NCBI GenBank assembly: GCA_003556835.1
Contig: PWQG01000243.1
Coordinates: forward strand, 1,286 to 65,285
Reading direction: 5' to 3'
From: Gammaproteobacteria bacterium
GTDB lineage: Bacteria > Pseudomonadota > Gammaproteobacteria > Pseudomonadales > Pseudohongiellaceae
Length of the DNA stretch: 64,000 nt
Shown here one piece after another: positions 9,957 through 20,035 of this stretch; within the stretch, counting starts at the first letter, position 1, and the number at the start of each line of letters is the position of its first letter. The notes beneath the pieces were generated by a model that saw only the letters and a program-made list of their open reading frames with translations, made no database searches and was not told the origin of the DNA. The translations under genes and the position numbers were made by a program.

Positions 9957-9964
9957 CGCTGAGG

Positions 9965-12589
9965 TCACTTTTCCTGGACTGACCAGCGACCGCCCTGGTA
10001 GAAAGCCTTCCAGCCGGTAGCCTTGCCCTTCTCCTCGGTCATCACGTAATGCTCCTTGGCCTTGCGGCTGAAGCGGATGACCGCCGGATTGCCCTTGCCG
10101 TCCTGTTCCGGAGCATCGAGCAGAAAATGATATTTCGGGTCGATTTCATCCCGGTGCGGCTTCAGCTCGGAAACCAGCGGTGCACGGGTTTCGCGGTTGC
10201 GCGGAAACTTGCTGGCCGCCAGGAAAATGCCGGCGGCACCGTCGCGCAACACGTAATGATCTTCCACTTTCTGACAGGCCAGTTCCGGCATCGGCACCGG
10301 GTCCATCTTCGGCGGCGCGGGCTGACCATTACGCAGCAGCTTCCGCGTATTCTTGCATTCTTCTGCGCTGCACCCGAAATACTTGCCGAAACGACCTGAT
10401 TTGAGCTGCATGTCCGCACCACATTTGTCACATTCGATGACGGGGCCTTCGTAACCCTTGATGCGGAATTCACCCTCTTCGACCTCATAGCCTGCGCAAT
10501 CCGGATTGTTGCCGCAAATGTGCAGTTTGCGCTTCTCATCAATCAGGTAACTGTCCATGGCCACATTGCAGATTGGACAGCGATGACGCTGACGTAACAG
10601 GCGGCTTTCCTCTTCCTCGGCCTGCTCCGTATCATCCGTGCGGATCGCTTCCTCACCCGGTGTCAGGTTGATGGTGGATTTGCAACGCTCCTTGGGCGGC
10701 AGGGAGTAACCGGAACAACCCAGGAACACGCCCGTGGAGGCAGTGCGGATCTGCATGTGACGACCACACTTCGGGCAGGGGATGTCGGTATCGGTCGGCT
10801 TATTGGCCCGCATGCCGTCCTCTTCCGACGAGGCCTTTTCCAGTTGCTCGGCAAACCCTGCGTAGAATTCGTCCAGCAAGCGTTTCCAGTCCTTGTCGCC
10901 AGCGGCAACACGGTCCAGCGATTCTTCCATGCGGGCCGTGAAATCATAATCCATCAGGTCCCGGAAACTTTCCAGCAAGCGTTCGGCAACAATATCACCC
11001 ATTTTTTCGGCGTAGAAACGTCGTCCTTCCACCCGCACATAACCACGATCCTGAATGGTCGAAATAATGCTGGCATAGGTCGATGGGCGCCCGATGCCAC
11101 GTTTTTCCAGTTCCTTGACCAGGCTGGCCTCGGTGTAGCGCGGAGCCGGTTTGGTGAAATGCTGTTTCGGATCCAGCTGCTGCAGGGCAAGCTCATCTCC
11201 CTCCTGCACTTCCGGCAACACCACGTCCTCGTCCTTGCTTGGCAACACCCGCAAATAACCATCGAACTGCATGATGCGGCCTTTGGTGCGCAATTCGAAC
11301 TCACCGGCATGCACCGTGATCAGGCTGCTCAGATAGCGGGCCGGGGGCATCTGACAGGCCAGGAAGAAGTTGCGAATCAGGCTGTAGAGCCGGACTGCGT
11401 CGCGGTCCATGCCAGTGAGCTGCTCTGGCGTCACAAACACATCACTGGGCCGGATCGCTTCGTGTGCCTCCTGCGCCCCTTCCTTGGCGCTGTAACGCAC
11501 CGGATTTTCAGGCAGATAACGATCCCCGAACTCGGAACCGATATAGTCTCGCGCCATCTGCAGGGAATCATCGCTAAGATTGGTCGAGTCGGTGCGCATA
11601 TAGGTGATGTAACCGGCCTCGTAGAGGCGCTGGGCCAGGGTCATGGTCTTCTTGACCCCGAAACCCATCCGCGTACTTGCCGCCTGTTGCAGCGTAGAGG
11701 TGATCAGCGGCGGACGCGGTTTCGATGAGGTGGGTTTGTCGTCACGCCCCTGTACCACAAAAGCCTGGGATTCAAGCTGCTTTTGCAGCTCTCCGATCGT
11801 CTCTGCGTCACCGGGTCGGAAACTCTTGCCCTGATGCTTGTGCACTTGCAGACGCAGCGCAGCGCGCTCACCGGTCAGTGTATCCGCAAACAGTTCCCAG
11901 TACTCCTCGGGGATGAAAGCCCGGATCTCCCGTTCGCGCTCCACCACCAGACGCACTGCGACTGACTGTACACGACCCGCTGACAGACCACGCGCCACTT
12001 TCGACCAGAGCAGGGGCGACACCATGAAGCCGACCACCCGGTCCAGAAAACGCCGGGCCTGCTGGGCCTCGACATATTTCATGTCCAGCTCACCGGGTTC
12101 GGCAAAAGCCTCTTTCACCGCCTTGCTGGTTATTTCGTTGAACACCACCCGCTTGTAGCGTGAATCATCTCCACCAATGGCCTCTTTCAGGTGCCAGGCG
12201 ATGGCCTCCCCTTCGCGGTCAAGGTCGGTGGCGAGATAGACGGCGTCGGCGTTGCGGGCAAGCTTCCTCAGTTCGGAGACCACTTTCTCCTTACCGGGGA
12301 GGATTTCATACTTCGCCTTCCAGCCATGTTCCGGATCAATACCCATGCGGGCGATCAGCTGCTCACGAGCCTGCTTCTTTTTATAGACCGCCTTGTCTTC
12401 CGGACTCAGTTTCCGGGTTTCGGCAGCCTTGCGGGCCCGCTCTTTGGGATCGGTCTTGCTGCCACTGCCTGAGACCGGCAGATCGCGGATATGTCCGACA
12501 CTGGATTTGACGATGAAGTCATTGCCCAGGTATTTGTTGATGGTCTTGGCCTTGGCCGGCGACTCGACAATGACGAGTGATTTGCTCAT
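9965..12589 (-). CDS. topA: DNA topoisomerase I
   Basis: 874 aa. [22 protein letters not shown] (Toprim), [15 protein letters not shown], active-site region ITYMRTDS, and C-terminal Cys4 zinc ribbons (CPKCG..., CPICN..., CDKCG...). Confidence 0.97.
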   Translation of the reverse strand: MSKSLVIVESPAKAKTINKYLGNDFIVKSSVGHIRDLPVSGSGSKTDPKERARKAAETRKLSPEDKAVYKKKQAREQLIARMGIDPEHGWKAKYEILPGKEKVVSELRKLARNADAVYLATDLDREGEAIAWHLKEAIGGDDSRYKRVVFNEITSKAVKEAFAEPGELDMKYVEAQQARRFLDRVVGFMVSPLLWSKVARGLSAGRVQSVAVRLVVEREREIRAFIPEEYWELFADTLTGERAALRLQVHKHQGKSFRPGDAETIGELQKQLESQAFVVQGRDDKPTSSKPRPPLITSTLQQAASTRMGFGVKKTMTLAQRLYEAGYITYMRTDSTNLSDDSLQMARDYIGSEFGDRYLPENPVRYSAKEGAQEAHEAIRPSDVFVTPEQLTGMDRDAVRLYSLIRNFFLACQMPPARYLSSLITVHAGEFELRTKGRIMQFDGYLRVLPSKDEDVVLPEVQEGDELALQQLDPKQHFTKPAPRYTEASLVKELEKRGIGRPSTYASIISTIQDRGYVRVEGRRFYAEKMGDIVAERLLESFRDLMDYDFTARMEESLDRVAAGDKDWKRLLDEFYAGFAEQLEKASSEEDGMRANKPTDTDIPCPKCGRHMQIRTASTGVFLGCSGYSLPPKERCKSTINLTPGEEAIRTDDTEQAEEEESRLLRQRHRCPICNVAMDSYLIDEKRKLHICGNNPDCAGYEVEEGEFRIKGYEGPVIECDKCGADMQLKSGRFGKYFGCSAEECKNTRKLLRNGQPAPPKMDPVPMPELACQKVEDHYVLRDGAAGIFLAASKFPRNRETRAPLVSELKPHRDEIDPKYHFLLDAPEQDGKGNPAVIRFSRKAKEHYVMTEEKGKATGWKAFYQGGRWSVQEK

Positions 12590-12665
12590 TACAGATGCGG
12601 TTCCTGATACTGAGTTCTGAGTTCCATGTTCTGTGTTTTATCTACCGCGGCACATCGCTGCGGTT

Positions 12666-13718
12666 TCAGTCGCCCATCACGACTTCGTGGGTCCAGCCAT
12701 AGGCGTCTTCACGCTCGCCCCGCTGCAGGCTCACCAGTCGATCATAGAGCTGCTGCATGACCGGACCGACACTCTTGCCCTCATCGTGGAAGTGATGCCA
12801 CTGGCCATCCACGAGAATCTTGCCCACTGGAGCAAGGACCGCGGCCGTACCACAGGCCCCCACTTCCAGGAATTGATCGATCTCCTTGCGCAACTCAATG
12901 GAACGGTGCTCGATGGTCAAGCCCAACTCCTGTTCGGCGATACTCATCAGCGAACGACGCGTGACGCTGGGCAGCACCGCTGCCGAGCTCGGTGTTACCA
13001 GACGGTTTCCGTCCATCGCCACCAATATGTTTGCCGAGCCCGCCTCATCGATGAAGCGATGGCTGGCCGAATCAAGGTACAGGGCCTCGTTGGCCCCATG
13101 ACTCTGGGCCTCGCGCGTGGCCAGGAGTCCGCCGGCATAATTCGCTCCCACTTTATAGGCACCCGTGCCAGCTGGTGCCGCCCGGTCGATGTCGGAAACT
13201 GCCAGGGAGATGACGGCAAGGCCGGATTCGGAGTAATACGGCCCGACCGGAGAGACAAACACCCGGAATTCAAATTCTTTTGCCGGTTTGAGTCCCAGAT
13301 TCTCACCAACTCCGATCAGCATGGGGCGGATATAGAGCGAGGCGCCCGAACCGTGCGGCGGAATCCATGCATAGTTGGCGCGCACGGCTTCTTCGACGCC
13401 GCGCAGAAACAGTTCTTCGGGGACTTCGGGAATCAGCAGCCGTCCGGCGGCCTGCCGCATGCGCTCAGCATTGAGCTCGGGCCGGAACAACAATACGCGC
13501 CCGTCCGGTGCGGTCTGTGCTTTCAGGCCTTCAAAACATTGCTGGGCGTAATGCAGCGCGGGTGCCCCTTCGTGAACGGAGATCGTGCGGGAGGTAAGCA
13601 ACTCCCCTTCCGACCATACACCGTCACGCCAGGTGGCGCTGAATCGATAATCAGTATAACGATACTGGAAACCCAGCTCGGCCCAGTTCAGCGATTTCTT
13701 TGTTTTTGCCTGATCCAA
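12666..13718 (-). CDS. ilvE: Branched-chain amino acid aminotransferase (long, ~350-aa type)
   Basis: LGFQYRYTDYRF, HYAQQCFEGLKA, SLYIRP and GTGAYKVGANYA are BCAT class IV motifs. Start is TTG at 13718 with an AGGTGA RBS 8 nt upstream, and there is no in-frame ATG nearby. Confidence 0.88.
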   Translation of the reverse strand: MDQAKTKKSLNWAELGFQYRYTDYRFSATWRDGVWSEGELLTSRTISVHEGAPALHYAQQCFEGLKAQTAPDGRVLLFRPELNAERMRQAAGRLLIPEVPEELFLRGVEEAVRANYAWIPPHGSGASLYIRPMLIGVGENLGLKPAKEFEFRVFVSPVGPYYSESGLAVISLAVSDIDRAAPAGTGAYKVGANYAGGLLATREAQSHGANEALYLDSASHRFIDEAGSANILVAMDGNRLVTPSSAAVLPSVTRRSLMSIAEQELGLTIEHRSIELRKEIDQFLEVGACGTAAVLAPVGKILVDGQWHHFHDEGKSVGPVMQQLYDRLVSLQRGEREDAYGWTHEVVMGD

Positions 13719-13970
13719 TGTTGTTTCACCTTTCGAGTTTCGGGCGACGGAGCCCGGTAGAAACAGCCGTGAAAACGGCTCACCCGCTGCTACAAAAGCG
13801 GGCCATTATGCGGGATACTGCCGGCGACTTCCACTGTGTCACGCCTGCCAACCGGTCAGGAACCTTATCACAACTGGCTGCCGGCACAAGCCCGACCCGC
13901 GCGATTTGCCTGCCTGATCCGGCAACAGTACAATGCGCCGCGCACAGTCCAAGGCATAGTGAAACCAGGC

Positions 13971-14789
13971 ATGAACCAGATCCCCTCACCATTGATCGAT
14001 ATCGGCGCCAACCTGGCACACGAGAGTTTTGCGCCGGATTTTGATGAAGTGTTACAGCGCGCCCGTGCAGCTGGCCTGCGCTACCTGCTGCTCACCGGCA
14101 GCTCCCTGCAGTCCACCGAGCAGGTCATCGCCATCAGCCGGGAGCATGACTGGTTGTTCGGAACCGCAGGAATCCATCCCCACGAAGCGCGCAATTGCGA
14201 CGCTGATGTCATGCAGCAGATCGGTGAACTGGCCCGGGATCCCCGGGTGCTGGCAGTGGGGGAAACCGGACTGGACTTCAATCGGGATTTTTCACCCAGA
14301 CCGCAACAGGAGCAGGTTTTCACCGAGCACCTTCAGCTTGCCGCCGAAATCGGCAAACCCCTGTTTCTGCATCAGCGCGACGCCCACAAACGCTTCCTGC
14401 CCCTGCTGCGCGAATACCGCGATCACATCAGCGCAGGCGTGGTGCACTGCTTCACCGATGAGCGCAGGGCCCTGTACGATTATATGGATCTCGACATGTA
14501 TATCGGAGTGACCGGATGGATCTGTGATGACCGCAGGGGCAAGCCGCTGCAGGAACTGGTGCGGGAAATTCCGGCGGAACGCCTGCTGATCGAGACGGAC
14601 GCACCGTATCTGCTGCCGCGAAGCCTGCGACCCAAGCCCCGCAGCCGTCGCAACGAACCGGCCTATCTGCCGGAAGTGTTGCGTATGGTGGCCATCTGCC
14701 GCGATGCCGACCCGGTCCGGCTTGCCCAGCAGACCACCGACAATGCACAGCGCCTGTTCAACTTTCCGCCTGCCGCAGAAACTCCCTGA
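13971..14789 (+). CDS. tatD: TatD family metal-dependent hydrolase/DNase
   Basis: LIDIGANLAHESF, GIHPHEA, AVGETGLDFNRDFS, LFLHQRDA, VVHCFTD and IETDAPYL. Start placed at ATG 13971; the ORF extends to 13836. Confidence 0.88.
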   Translation: MNQIPSPLIDIGANLAHESFAPDFDEVLQRARAAGLRYLLLTGSSLQSTEQVIAISREHDWLFGTAGIHPHEARNCDADVMQQIGELARDPRVLAVGETGLDFNRDFSPRPQQEQVFTEHLQLAAEIGKPLFLHQRDAHKRFLPLLREYRDHISAGVVHCFTDERRALYDYMDLDMYIGVTGWICDDRRGKPLQELVREIPAERLLIETDAPYLLPRSLRPKPRSRRNEPAYLPEVLRMVAICRDADPVRLAQQTTDNAQRLFNFPPAAETP

Positions 14790-15021
14790 GACCGGCTTCA
14801 TCAAACGGCCAGCCCAACTCGGCTCCGGTATCCGCAAGCTGTAACACCGGGATGCGGATGCCATAACGCTCCATCAGCTCCGGCGAATCGGCAATATCGA
14901 CCTTGCGCAGTTGGGCGGCGCCTCCGTCGCTCCGCTCCACCACGGCATTGATCACCCCTTCGGCCTGTTCACACAGGTGACAGCCGACCGTTGTGTACAG
15001 AATCATTTCACGCGCCATCAT
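14758..15021 (-). CDS. Glutaredoxin-like small protein (DUF836-type, CxxC)
   Basis: MILYTTVGCHLCEQA...RIPVL is a thioredoxin-fold signature. Candidate ATGs at 15021, 15018 and 15006 flank the pyrD stop (15008). The 3' end overlaps the tatD 3' end. Confidence 0.7.
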   Translation of the reverse strand: MMAREMILYTTVGCHLCEQAEGVINAVVERSDGGAAQLRKVDIADSPELMERYGIRIPVLQLADTGAELGWPFDEAGLREFLRQAES

Positions 15022-16057
15022 CAGTCCCTTCCGCGAGGGCCGCCAGCGCGGCCACCGCTTCCGACACCAGTTCCGGCCCCCGGTAGATGAACCCGGTATA
15101 CAACTGCACGGCACGCGCCCCGGCACGGATTTTTTCACAGGCATCCTCACCACTGCCGATGCCCCCGACACCAATGATGGGCAACCGCTCGCCAAGACAG
15201 TCGTACAACTGTCCGATCACGGCGCTGGAGCGTGCTCGCAGGGGTGCCCCGCTCAGGCCGCCGGCCTGTGTGTGCAGCGGATTGTCTTCGACACCGTCAC
15301 GCGACAGGGTGGTATTGGTGGCAATGACACCATCAATGGAAAACTCGAGCAGGGCCTCGGCAACCAGTCCGAGCTCATCGATATTCAGGTCGGGGGCAAT
15401 TTTCACCACCAGAGGTACCTGCCTTTCATGTTGGGCGGCCAGCCTGACCTGCTCTTCCTTGAGGGCTGAGAGCAGTCCGCGAAGCTCTTGTCCGTATTGC
15501 AGTGACCGCAGCCCCGGTGTGTTGGGGGAGGACAGATTAACCACCAGGTAGGAGGCGGCGCTGTAGGCCTTGCGCATGCATGTCAGGTAATCCCCGGCGG
15601 CCTCCGCCACCGGTGTATCCGCGTTCTTGCCGATATTGATGCCCAGCACCCCGCGATATCGACTGCCCCGGATGCGTTCCAGCGCCTGATCGATACCCTT
15701 GTTGTTGAAACCCATCCGGTTGATGATGGCCTGTTGCTGGGGCAGGCGGAACAGACGGGGCCGAGCGTTGCCCGGCTGGGGCCGTGGTGTAAGAGTTCCG
15801 ACTTCAATGGAGCCGAAGCCCAGGGCCGCCAGCGCATCGATATGCTCGGCGTCCTTGTCCAGCCCCGCCGCCAGGCCCACACCATTGGGGAACTCCAGAC
15901 CCATCATCCTGACCGGTTTTGCTTCGGCCAGCCGCTTGCGGTCGACCAGAAGACCACTCAGACGCAGCCGGAACAGCAGGTCCAGGGAAGACAGGGCGAG
16001 TCGATGTGAGGTTTCCGTTGGCAGGCGGAACAGCAGACTTCGTAACAGTGTATACAT
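15008..16057 (-). CDS. pyrD: Dihydroorotate dehydrogenase (quinone)
   Basis: 349 aa. N-terminal membrane-association helix, GLAAGLDKD, GFGSIEVGTLTPRPQPGN, NRMGFNN, NISSPNTPGLR-like (NLSSPNTPGLR), and GVGGI. Confidence 0.95.
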   Translation of the reverse strand: MYTLLRSLLFRLPTETSHRLALSSLDLLFRLRLSGLLVDRKRLAEAKPVRMMGLEFPNGVGLAAGLDKDAEHIDALAALGFGSIEVGTLTPRPQPGNARPRLFRLPQQQAIINRMGFNNKGIDQALERIRGSRYRGVLGINIGKNADTPVAEAAGDYLTCMRKAYSAASYLVVNLSSPNTPGLRSLQYGQELRGLLSALKEEQVRLAAQHERQVPLVVKIAPDLNIDELGLVAEALLEFSIDGVIATNTTLSRDGVEDNPLHTQAGGLSGAPLRARSSAVIGQLYDCLGERLPIIGVGGIGSGEDACEKIRAGARAVQLYTGFIYRGPELVSEAVAALAALAEGTDDGA

Positions 16058-16064
16058 GGAATTC

Positions 16065-16286
16065 TCAAGCCAGGCGTTTTATGGAGCGGAAGCGCCGCTC
16101 ACCGTCCATGTGGATCTCGAAGCAGCCGTGTATGCCATCATGACCGACATATGCACGCAATACGGCGACGGGGAAGCGCACACTGCGGCCGTCTCGTGAG
16201 CGGGCCTGTACATAACGCGTTTCCCCGGCATACCAGGATTCACACTGTTCCCGCGTCAGATGCAGATCGACGGTGATGGATGGCAC
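16065..16286 (-). CDS. DUF2835 domain-containing protein
   Basis: 73-aa ORF 7 nt upstream of pyrD. The pattern ...YAGETRYVQARSRDGRSVRFPVAVLR... is what I recognise as DUF2835. Confidence 0.6.
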   Translation of the reverse strand: MPSITVDLHLTREQCESWYAGETRYVQARSRDGRSVRFPVAVLRAYVGHDGIHGCFEIHMDGERRFRSIKRLA

Positions 16287-16488
16287 GACAGCTCCCGAAA
16301 GGTGGTCATTATAAGCCAGATGACGTCACTGTGCGACGTCGCTGCAACCAGCACGCATCCGGCAAACCTTGTTGCACATTATATCCGGCACTCCCTAGAC
16401 AACAGGTGCGATTTGTTTACAATCGAGCACTTGCGGGCGTAACCCCCCACTGGAATCGCGAACACAGGCACAGGCAGAGACAGAATCT

Positions 16489-17448
16489 ATGAGTCACCAT
16501 GCAACCATCACGGAATTGAAAAACTGGCTGAGACAGCAGATCATCGGCCAGGAAAGACTGGTCGATCGCCTGCTCATCGCCCTGCTCGCCGACGGCCATC
16601 TGCTCGTCGAAGGGGCACCCGGTCTGGCCAAGACCAAGGCCATCAAGGATCTGTCGCGTGCCATTGAAGGCGATTTCCATCGCATCCAGTTCACGCCCGA
16701 CCTGCTACCCAGCGATATCACCGGTACCGAGATCTTCCGCCCGGAAGACGGCTCTTTCCGTTTTCAGCCCGGACCGATTTTTCACAACCTTGTGCTGGCC
16801 GACGAAATCAACCGTGCCCCGGCCAAGGTGCAGTCGGCCCTGCTGGAAGCCATGGCCGAGCATCAGGTGAGTGTCGGACGCGAGTCCTTTGAACTGCCAC
16901 CGCTGTTCCTGGTCATGGCAACACAGAACCCGATCGAACAGGAAGGGACCTATCCACTTCCCGAGGCGCAACTCGACCGCTTCCTGATGCATGTTTCCAT
17001 CGGCTACCCGGCCGCCGAGGCCGAGCGGGAAATCCTGCACCTGGTGCGCAATGAGGCCCAGGAGAAAGCGCCCGCGGCTCCCTCGGTGATCAGCCAGGAA
17101 GATCTGTTTGCGGCGCGCCAGGAGATCCTCGCCATGCATATGGCGCCTGCCGTCGAGGAGTACATCATCCAGCTGATCATGGCCACACGCAATCCATCCG
17201 GCTATGGCGACGACCTGGCCTCCTGGCTTGAATATGGTGCCAGTCCACGTGGCACAATTTCTCTCGACCGCTGTGCACGGGCTCATGCCTGGATCCAGGG
17301 CAAGGATTTTGTAAGTCCCGACGATGTCCAGGAGGTACTGTTCGACGTACTGCGCCACCGGGTACTGCTGAGCTTCGAGGCGGAGGCCAGCGGAGTGACA
17401 CCCGACCAGGTGCTGTCCACCCTGCTCGAACGCGTACCCGCGGCCTGA
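16489..17448 (+). CDS. MoxR-family AAA+ ATPase (first gene of Bat-type operon)
   Basis: GAPGLAKT Walker A, LVLADEINRAPAKVQSALLEAM (Walker B / sensor), ATQNPIEQEGTYPLPEAQLDRF. Confidence 0.93.
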   Translation: MSHHATITELKNWLRQQIIGQERLVDRLLIALLADGHLLVEGAPGLAKTKAIKDLSRAIEGDFHRIQFTPDLLPSDITGTEIFRPEDGSFRFQPGPIFHNLVLADEINRAPAKVQSALLEAMAEHQVSVGRESFELPPLFLVMATQNPIEQEGTYPLPEAQLDRFLMHVSIGYPAAEAEREILHLVRNEAQEKAPAAPSVISQEDLFAARQEILAMHMAPAVEEYIIQLIMATRNPSGYGDDLASWLEYGASPRGTISLDRCARAHAWIQGKDFVSPDDVQEVLFDVLRHRVLLSFEAEASGVTPDQVLSTLLERVPAA

Positions 17449-17464
17449 GGGCAGCTGAACCAAT

Positions 17465-18439
17465 ATGCAGAACCGGCAACTGCTCGATAGAAAACAGGAT
17501 CTGCGTGCCATGGGCGCGACCATCAGCCTGGAGGATCTGCTGATGCAGCGCTACACGGCCCGGCTGATCGAATACGCAATGCAGAAGCGCTCAGTGGCCG
17601 GTATTTCCGGGCTGCACCTGTCGAAAATGCGTGGGCGTGGCATCGATTTCGAAGAATTTCGCCCCTACCAGGCGGGTGACGATATCCGCACCATTGACTG
17701 GCGGGTGACGGCCCGTATTGGCAAACCTTTCACCAAAGTGTTCCGCGAAGAGCGTGAGCGCCCGGTCATCATTGCCTGTGATCAGTCGGCATCCATGTTC
17801 TTTGGCAGCCGCTGCGCCTTCAAGTCCGTCATTGCCGCCCAGGCCGCAGCCATCTTCTGCTGGCTGGCCATCGATAATGGCGACCGGGTCGGCGGCCTGG
17901 TGTATGCCGATGGCGAACACAGTCTGGTCCGCCCCAAACGCAGCCGGCGCTCGGCCCTGCATCTGCTGAACCGGATTCATGAATACAATTCGGCCCTGGC
18001 GCAGTCCGACAGTGAGCGCAGGGCCCGTCAGGAGGCCGTGGGCCAGTCGGGGCTGGCCGATGCCCTGTCCCAGATGCGCCGCATCACCAAGCCAGGCAGC
18101 ACGCTGTACATCATCAGCGACTTCAGCAGCATCAATGATGCCGGCTTTCAATATCTCTATCAGATCTCGCGTCACAATAACGTGGTCTGCTGTTTCGTCT
18201 ATGATGAACTGGAAGAGAATCTCCCCATACCCGGTTACTACAGTATCACCGACGGTCTGGATAAAGGCACGCTCAACGCTTTTGACTCCGGAGCCCGGGA
18301 AAAATACCACCACCACTTCGAACAGCGGTACCAGGCGCTGGAGGACGAGCTGAACCGGCTCCAGATCCCCCTGTTGAGCCTGCGCACTGATGAACTGGTC
18401 ATGGAGCGCATTCAGGCATGGACACAGACGACACTCTGA
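17465..18439 (+). CDS. DUF58 domain-containing protein (vWA-like MoxR partner)
   Basis: RPYQAGDDIRTIDWRVTARIGKPFTKVFREERE is the DUF58 signature. It starts 16 nt after moxR. Confidence 0.88.
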   Translation: MQNRQLLDRKQDLRAMGATISLEDLLMQRYTARLIEYAMQKRSVAGISGLHLSKMRGRGIDFEEFRPYQAGDDIRTIDWRVTARIGKPFTKVFREERERPVIIACDQSASMFFGSRCAFKSVIAAQAAAIFCWLAIDNGDRVGGLVYADGEHSLVRPKRSRRSALHLLNRIHEYNSALAQSDSERRARQEAVGQSGLADALSQMRRITKPGSTLYIISDFSSINDAGFQYLYQISRHNNVVCCFVYDELEENLPIPGYYSITDGLDKGTLNAFDSGAREKYHHHFEQRYQALEDELNRLQIPLLSLRTDELVMERIQAWTQTTL

Positions 18440-19029
18440 GCACAGATCCTCTGACCGAGGTGACGCCGGATGATGTCCAGGCGCCACCCGGTGCAGCCGA
18501 TCCGTTGGCCGATCTGGCCGACATCCGGATGCCAGCCGAAATCGGCTTCTGGCCGCCAGCCCCGGGGTGGTGGCTGCTGTTTCTTGTGCTGGCAGTGGCG
18601 GCCCTGTGGCTGGCCTTGCGCATGCGCCGACAGATCCATCATGCCTGGCGGCGTCGCAGTGCCCTGCAGGAACTGAAGCGTTGCCAGCGTTCCCTTGAGG
18701 CCGGCGGCGTGGATGCACTGCAGAGTCAACAGAATTATGTCAATGCGGTCAATTCTGTGCTGCGCCGCGTGGCGCTTCAGTTTCACCCGCGCGCGCAGGT
18801 GGCAAGCCTGACCGGTGAGCAGTGGCTGCGCTTCCTGCGCGAGCACGGCGATGCTTCACTGCTCGACGAGCGTCATGCCACGGCCCTGACCCAGGGACGT
18901 TTTGCACCGCGCTGCGATATCGACCCCACGACACTGCACAGGCTGGCCGAGCGTTGGATCCGCAGCCAGTACTCCTCTAGAATCGACAGTGGTAGCAAAA
19001 CGGCAGAGGTGGCAACCGATCATGCTTGA
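18418..19029 (+). CDS. DUF4381 domain-containing membrane protein
   Basis: FWPPAPGWWLLFLVLAVAALWLAL single TM followed by a helical region, in the usual third position of Bat-type operons. Overlaps the DUF58 gene by 22 nt. Confidence 0.7.
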   Translation: MDTDDTLSTDPLTEVTPDDVQAPPGAADPLADLADIRMPAEIGFWPPAPGWWLLFLVLAVAALWLALRMRRQIHHAWRRRSALQELKRCQRSLEAGGVDALQSQQNYVNAVNSVLRRVALQFHPRAQVASLTGEQWLRFLREHGDASLLDERHATALTQGRFAPRCDIDPTTLHRLAERWIRSQYSSRIDSGSKTAEVATDHA

Positions 19030-20035
19030 AATCACCTGGCCATGGGCCTTTCTCGCCCTGCCCCTGCCCCTGCTGGTGTACTGGTTCATCCACCGCGCGC
19101 CACGGCAGGAGGCGGCCTTGCACGTGCCTTTCTACCGGCAATTGCTGCAATTGAAGAGTGACAGCTCGCGCCACTCAGCGCGCCGTCCGCTGTTGCTCCT
19201 GCTCTGCGCTTTGATCTGGATACTGGTGGTCTCCGCTGCCAGTCGCCCGCAATGGGTCGGCGAAGCGGTCGACCTGCCCACCAGCGGGCGGGACATGATG
19301 CTGGCACTGGACATGTCCGGCAGCATGGAGGCACGTGACATGTACCTGGACAACCAGCAGCTTTCCCGTTTCCGGGTAATGAAGGAAGTGCTGGCCGACT
19401 TTGTCGAGAACCGCCAGGGCGATCGTATCGGCATCGTGCTGTTCGCTCGCCATGCCTATCTGCTGACGCCTATGACCCATGACCTGGGTGCGGTGCATCA
19501 GATGGTCGAGGAGCTGGAAATCGGTGTGATTGATGAATCGGCAACTGCCATCGGGGATGCCATAGGCCTGTCGGTTCGCCATCTGCGCGAGCGCCCGGAG
19601 AACAACCGCGTCCTCATCCTGCTCACCGATGGCATCAACAACTCCGGAGAACTGACCCCGACGCAGGCGGCCCGGCTGGCTGAGACCGAAGGCATCCGCA
19701 TGCATGTGGTGGGCATCGCTTCGGATCAGTTTGCCCAGCGCTCCCTGTTCAGCGGCAGTCGTGGCCCCGTGGATTCTGAAATCGATGACGCCACCATGAC
19801 CCAGATCGCCGAATTGACCGGCGGGCGGTATTTCCGTGCCAGGACACTTGAGGACATGATCGAGATTTACGATCTGCTCGATACCATGGAACCGATCGAG
19901 CAGGACGACCAGACCTTCCGCCCCATCCGCCTGCTGTTCCACTGGCCACTTGGCGCGGCGCTGTTGCTCAGTTTCCTGCTGGCCCTGGCGGCCTCTCCCC
20001 TGGCATCATCGGCGTTACGGGAGCGTAGTACATGA
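19022..20035 (+). CDS. batA: vWA domain-containing membrane protein BatA
   Basis: N-terminal TM MLEITWPWAFLALPLPLLVYW, MIDAS motif LALDMSGSM, ILLTDGINN, and a C-terminal TM. Start ATG 19022 overlaps the upstream stop. Confidence 0.85.
   Translation: MLEITWPWAFLALPLPLLVYWFIHRAPRQEAALHVPFYRQLLQLKSDSSRHSARRPLLLLLCALIWILVVSAASRPQWVGEAVDLPTSGRDMMLALDMSGSMEARDMYLDNQQLSRFRVMKEVLADFVENRQGDRIGIVLFARHAYLLTPMTHDLGAVHQMVEELEIGVIDESATAIGDAIGLSVRHLRERPENNRVLILLTDGINNSGELTPTQAARLAETEGIRMHVVGIASDQFAQRSLFSGSRGPVDSEIDDATMTQIAELTGGRYFRARTLEDMIEIYDLLDTMEPIEQDDQTFRPIRLLFHWPLGAALLLSFLLALAASPLASSALRERST

Noticed and set aside
12611-12624. A tandem TGAGTTC TGAGTTC duplication upstream of topA.
   Set aside because: There are only two 7-nt copies in a promoter-region spacer, and no supporting structure or motif that I recognise.
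12633-13760. A long ORF (375 aa) antisense to ilvE. Similar long antisense ORFs lie at 7548..8498, 10757..11728, 19175..19942, 21642..22565, 26811..27893, 48403..49701, 51280..52908, 55224..56477 and 57665..59221.
   Set aside because: Each lies entirely inside a strongly recognisable conserved gene on the opposite strand. Their translations are R/G/H/Q/P-rich with no motif I recognise. This is typical of shadow ORFs in GC-rich DNA, where stop codons are rare in antisense frames.
13719-13970. Two small hairpins (CCCGC..GCGGG at ~13783-13802; AGCCGT-GAAA-ACGGCT at 13765-13780) in the ilvE 5' region, considered as an ILV attenuator.
   Set aside because: The only uORF there (MARFCSSG) has no Ile/Leu/Val run, the stems are 5-6 bp, and there is no U-tract of note.
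16280-16296. TGGCAC resembling the -24 element of a sigma54 promoter near the moxR/DUF2835 divergent region.
   Set aside because: The spacing and -12 element (CTCC instead of TTGC) do not fit, and the hexamer overlaps the DUF2835 start codon region.
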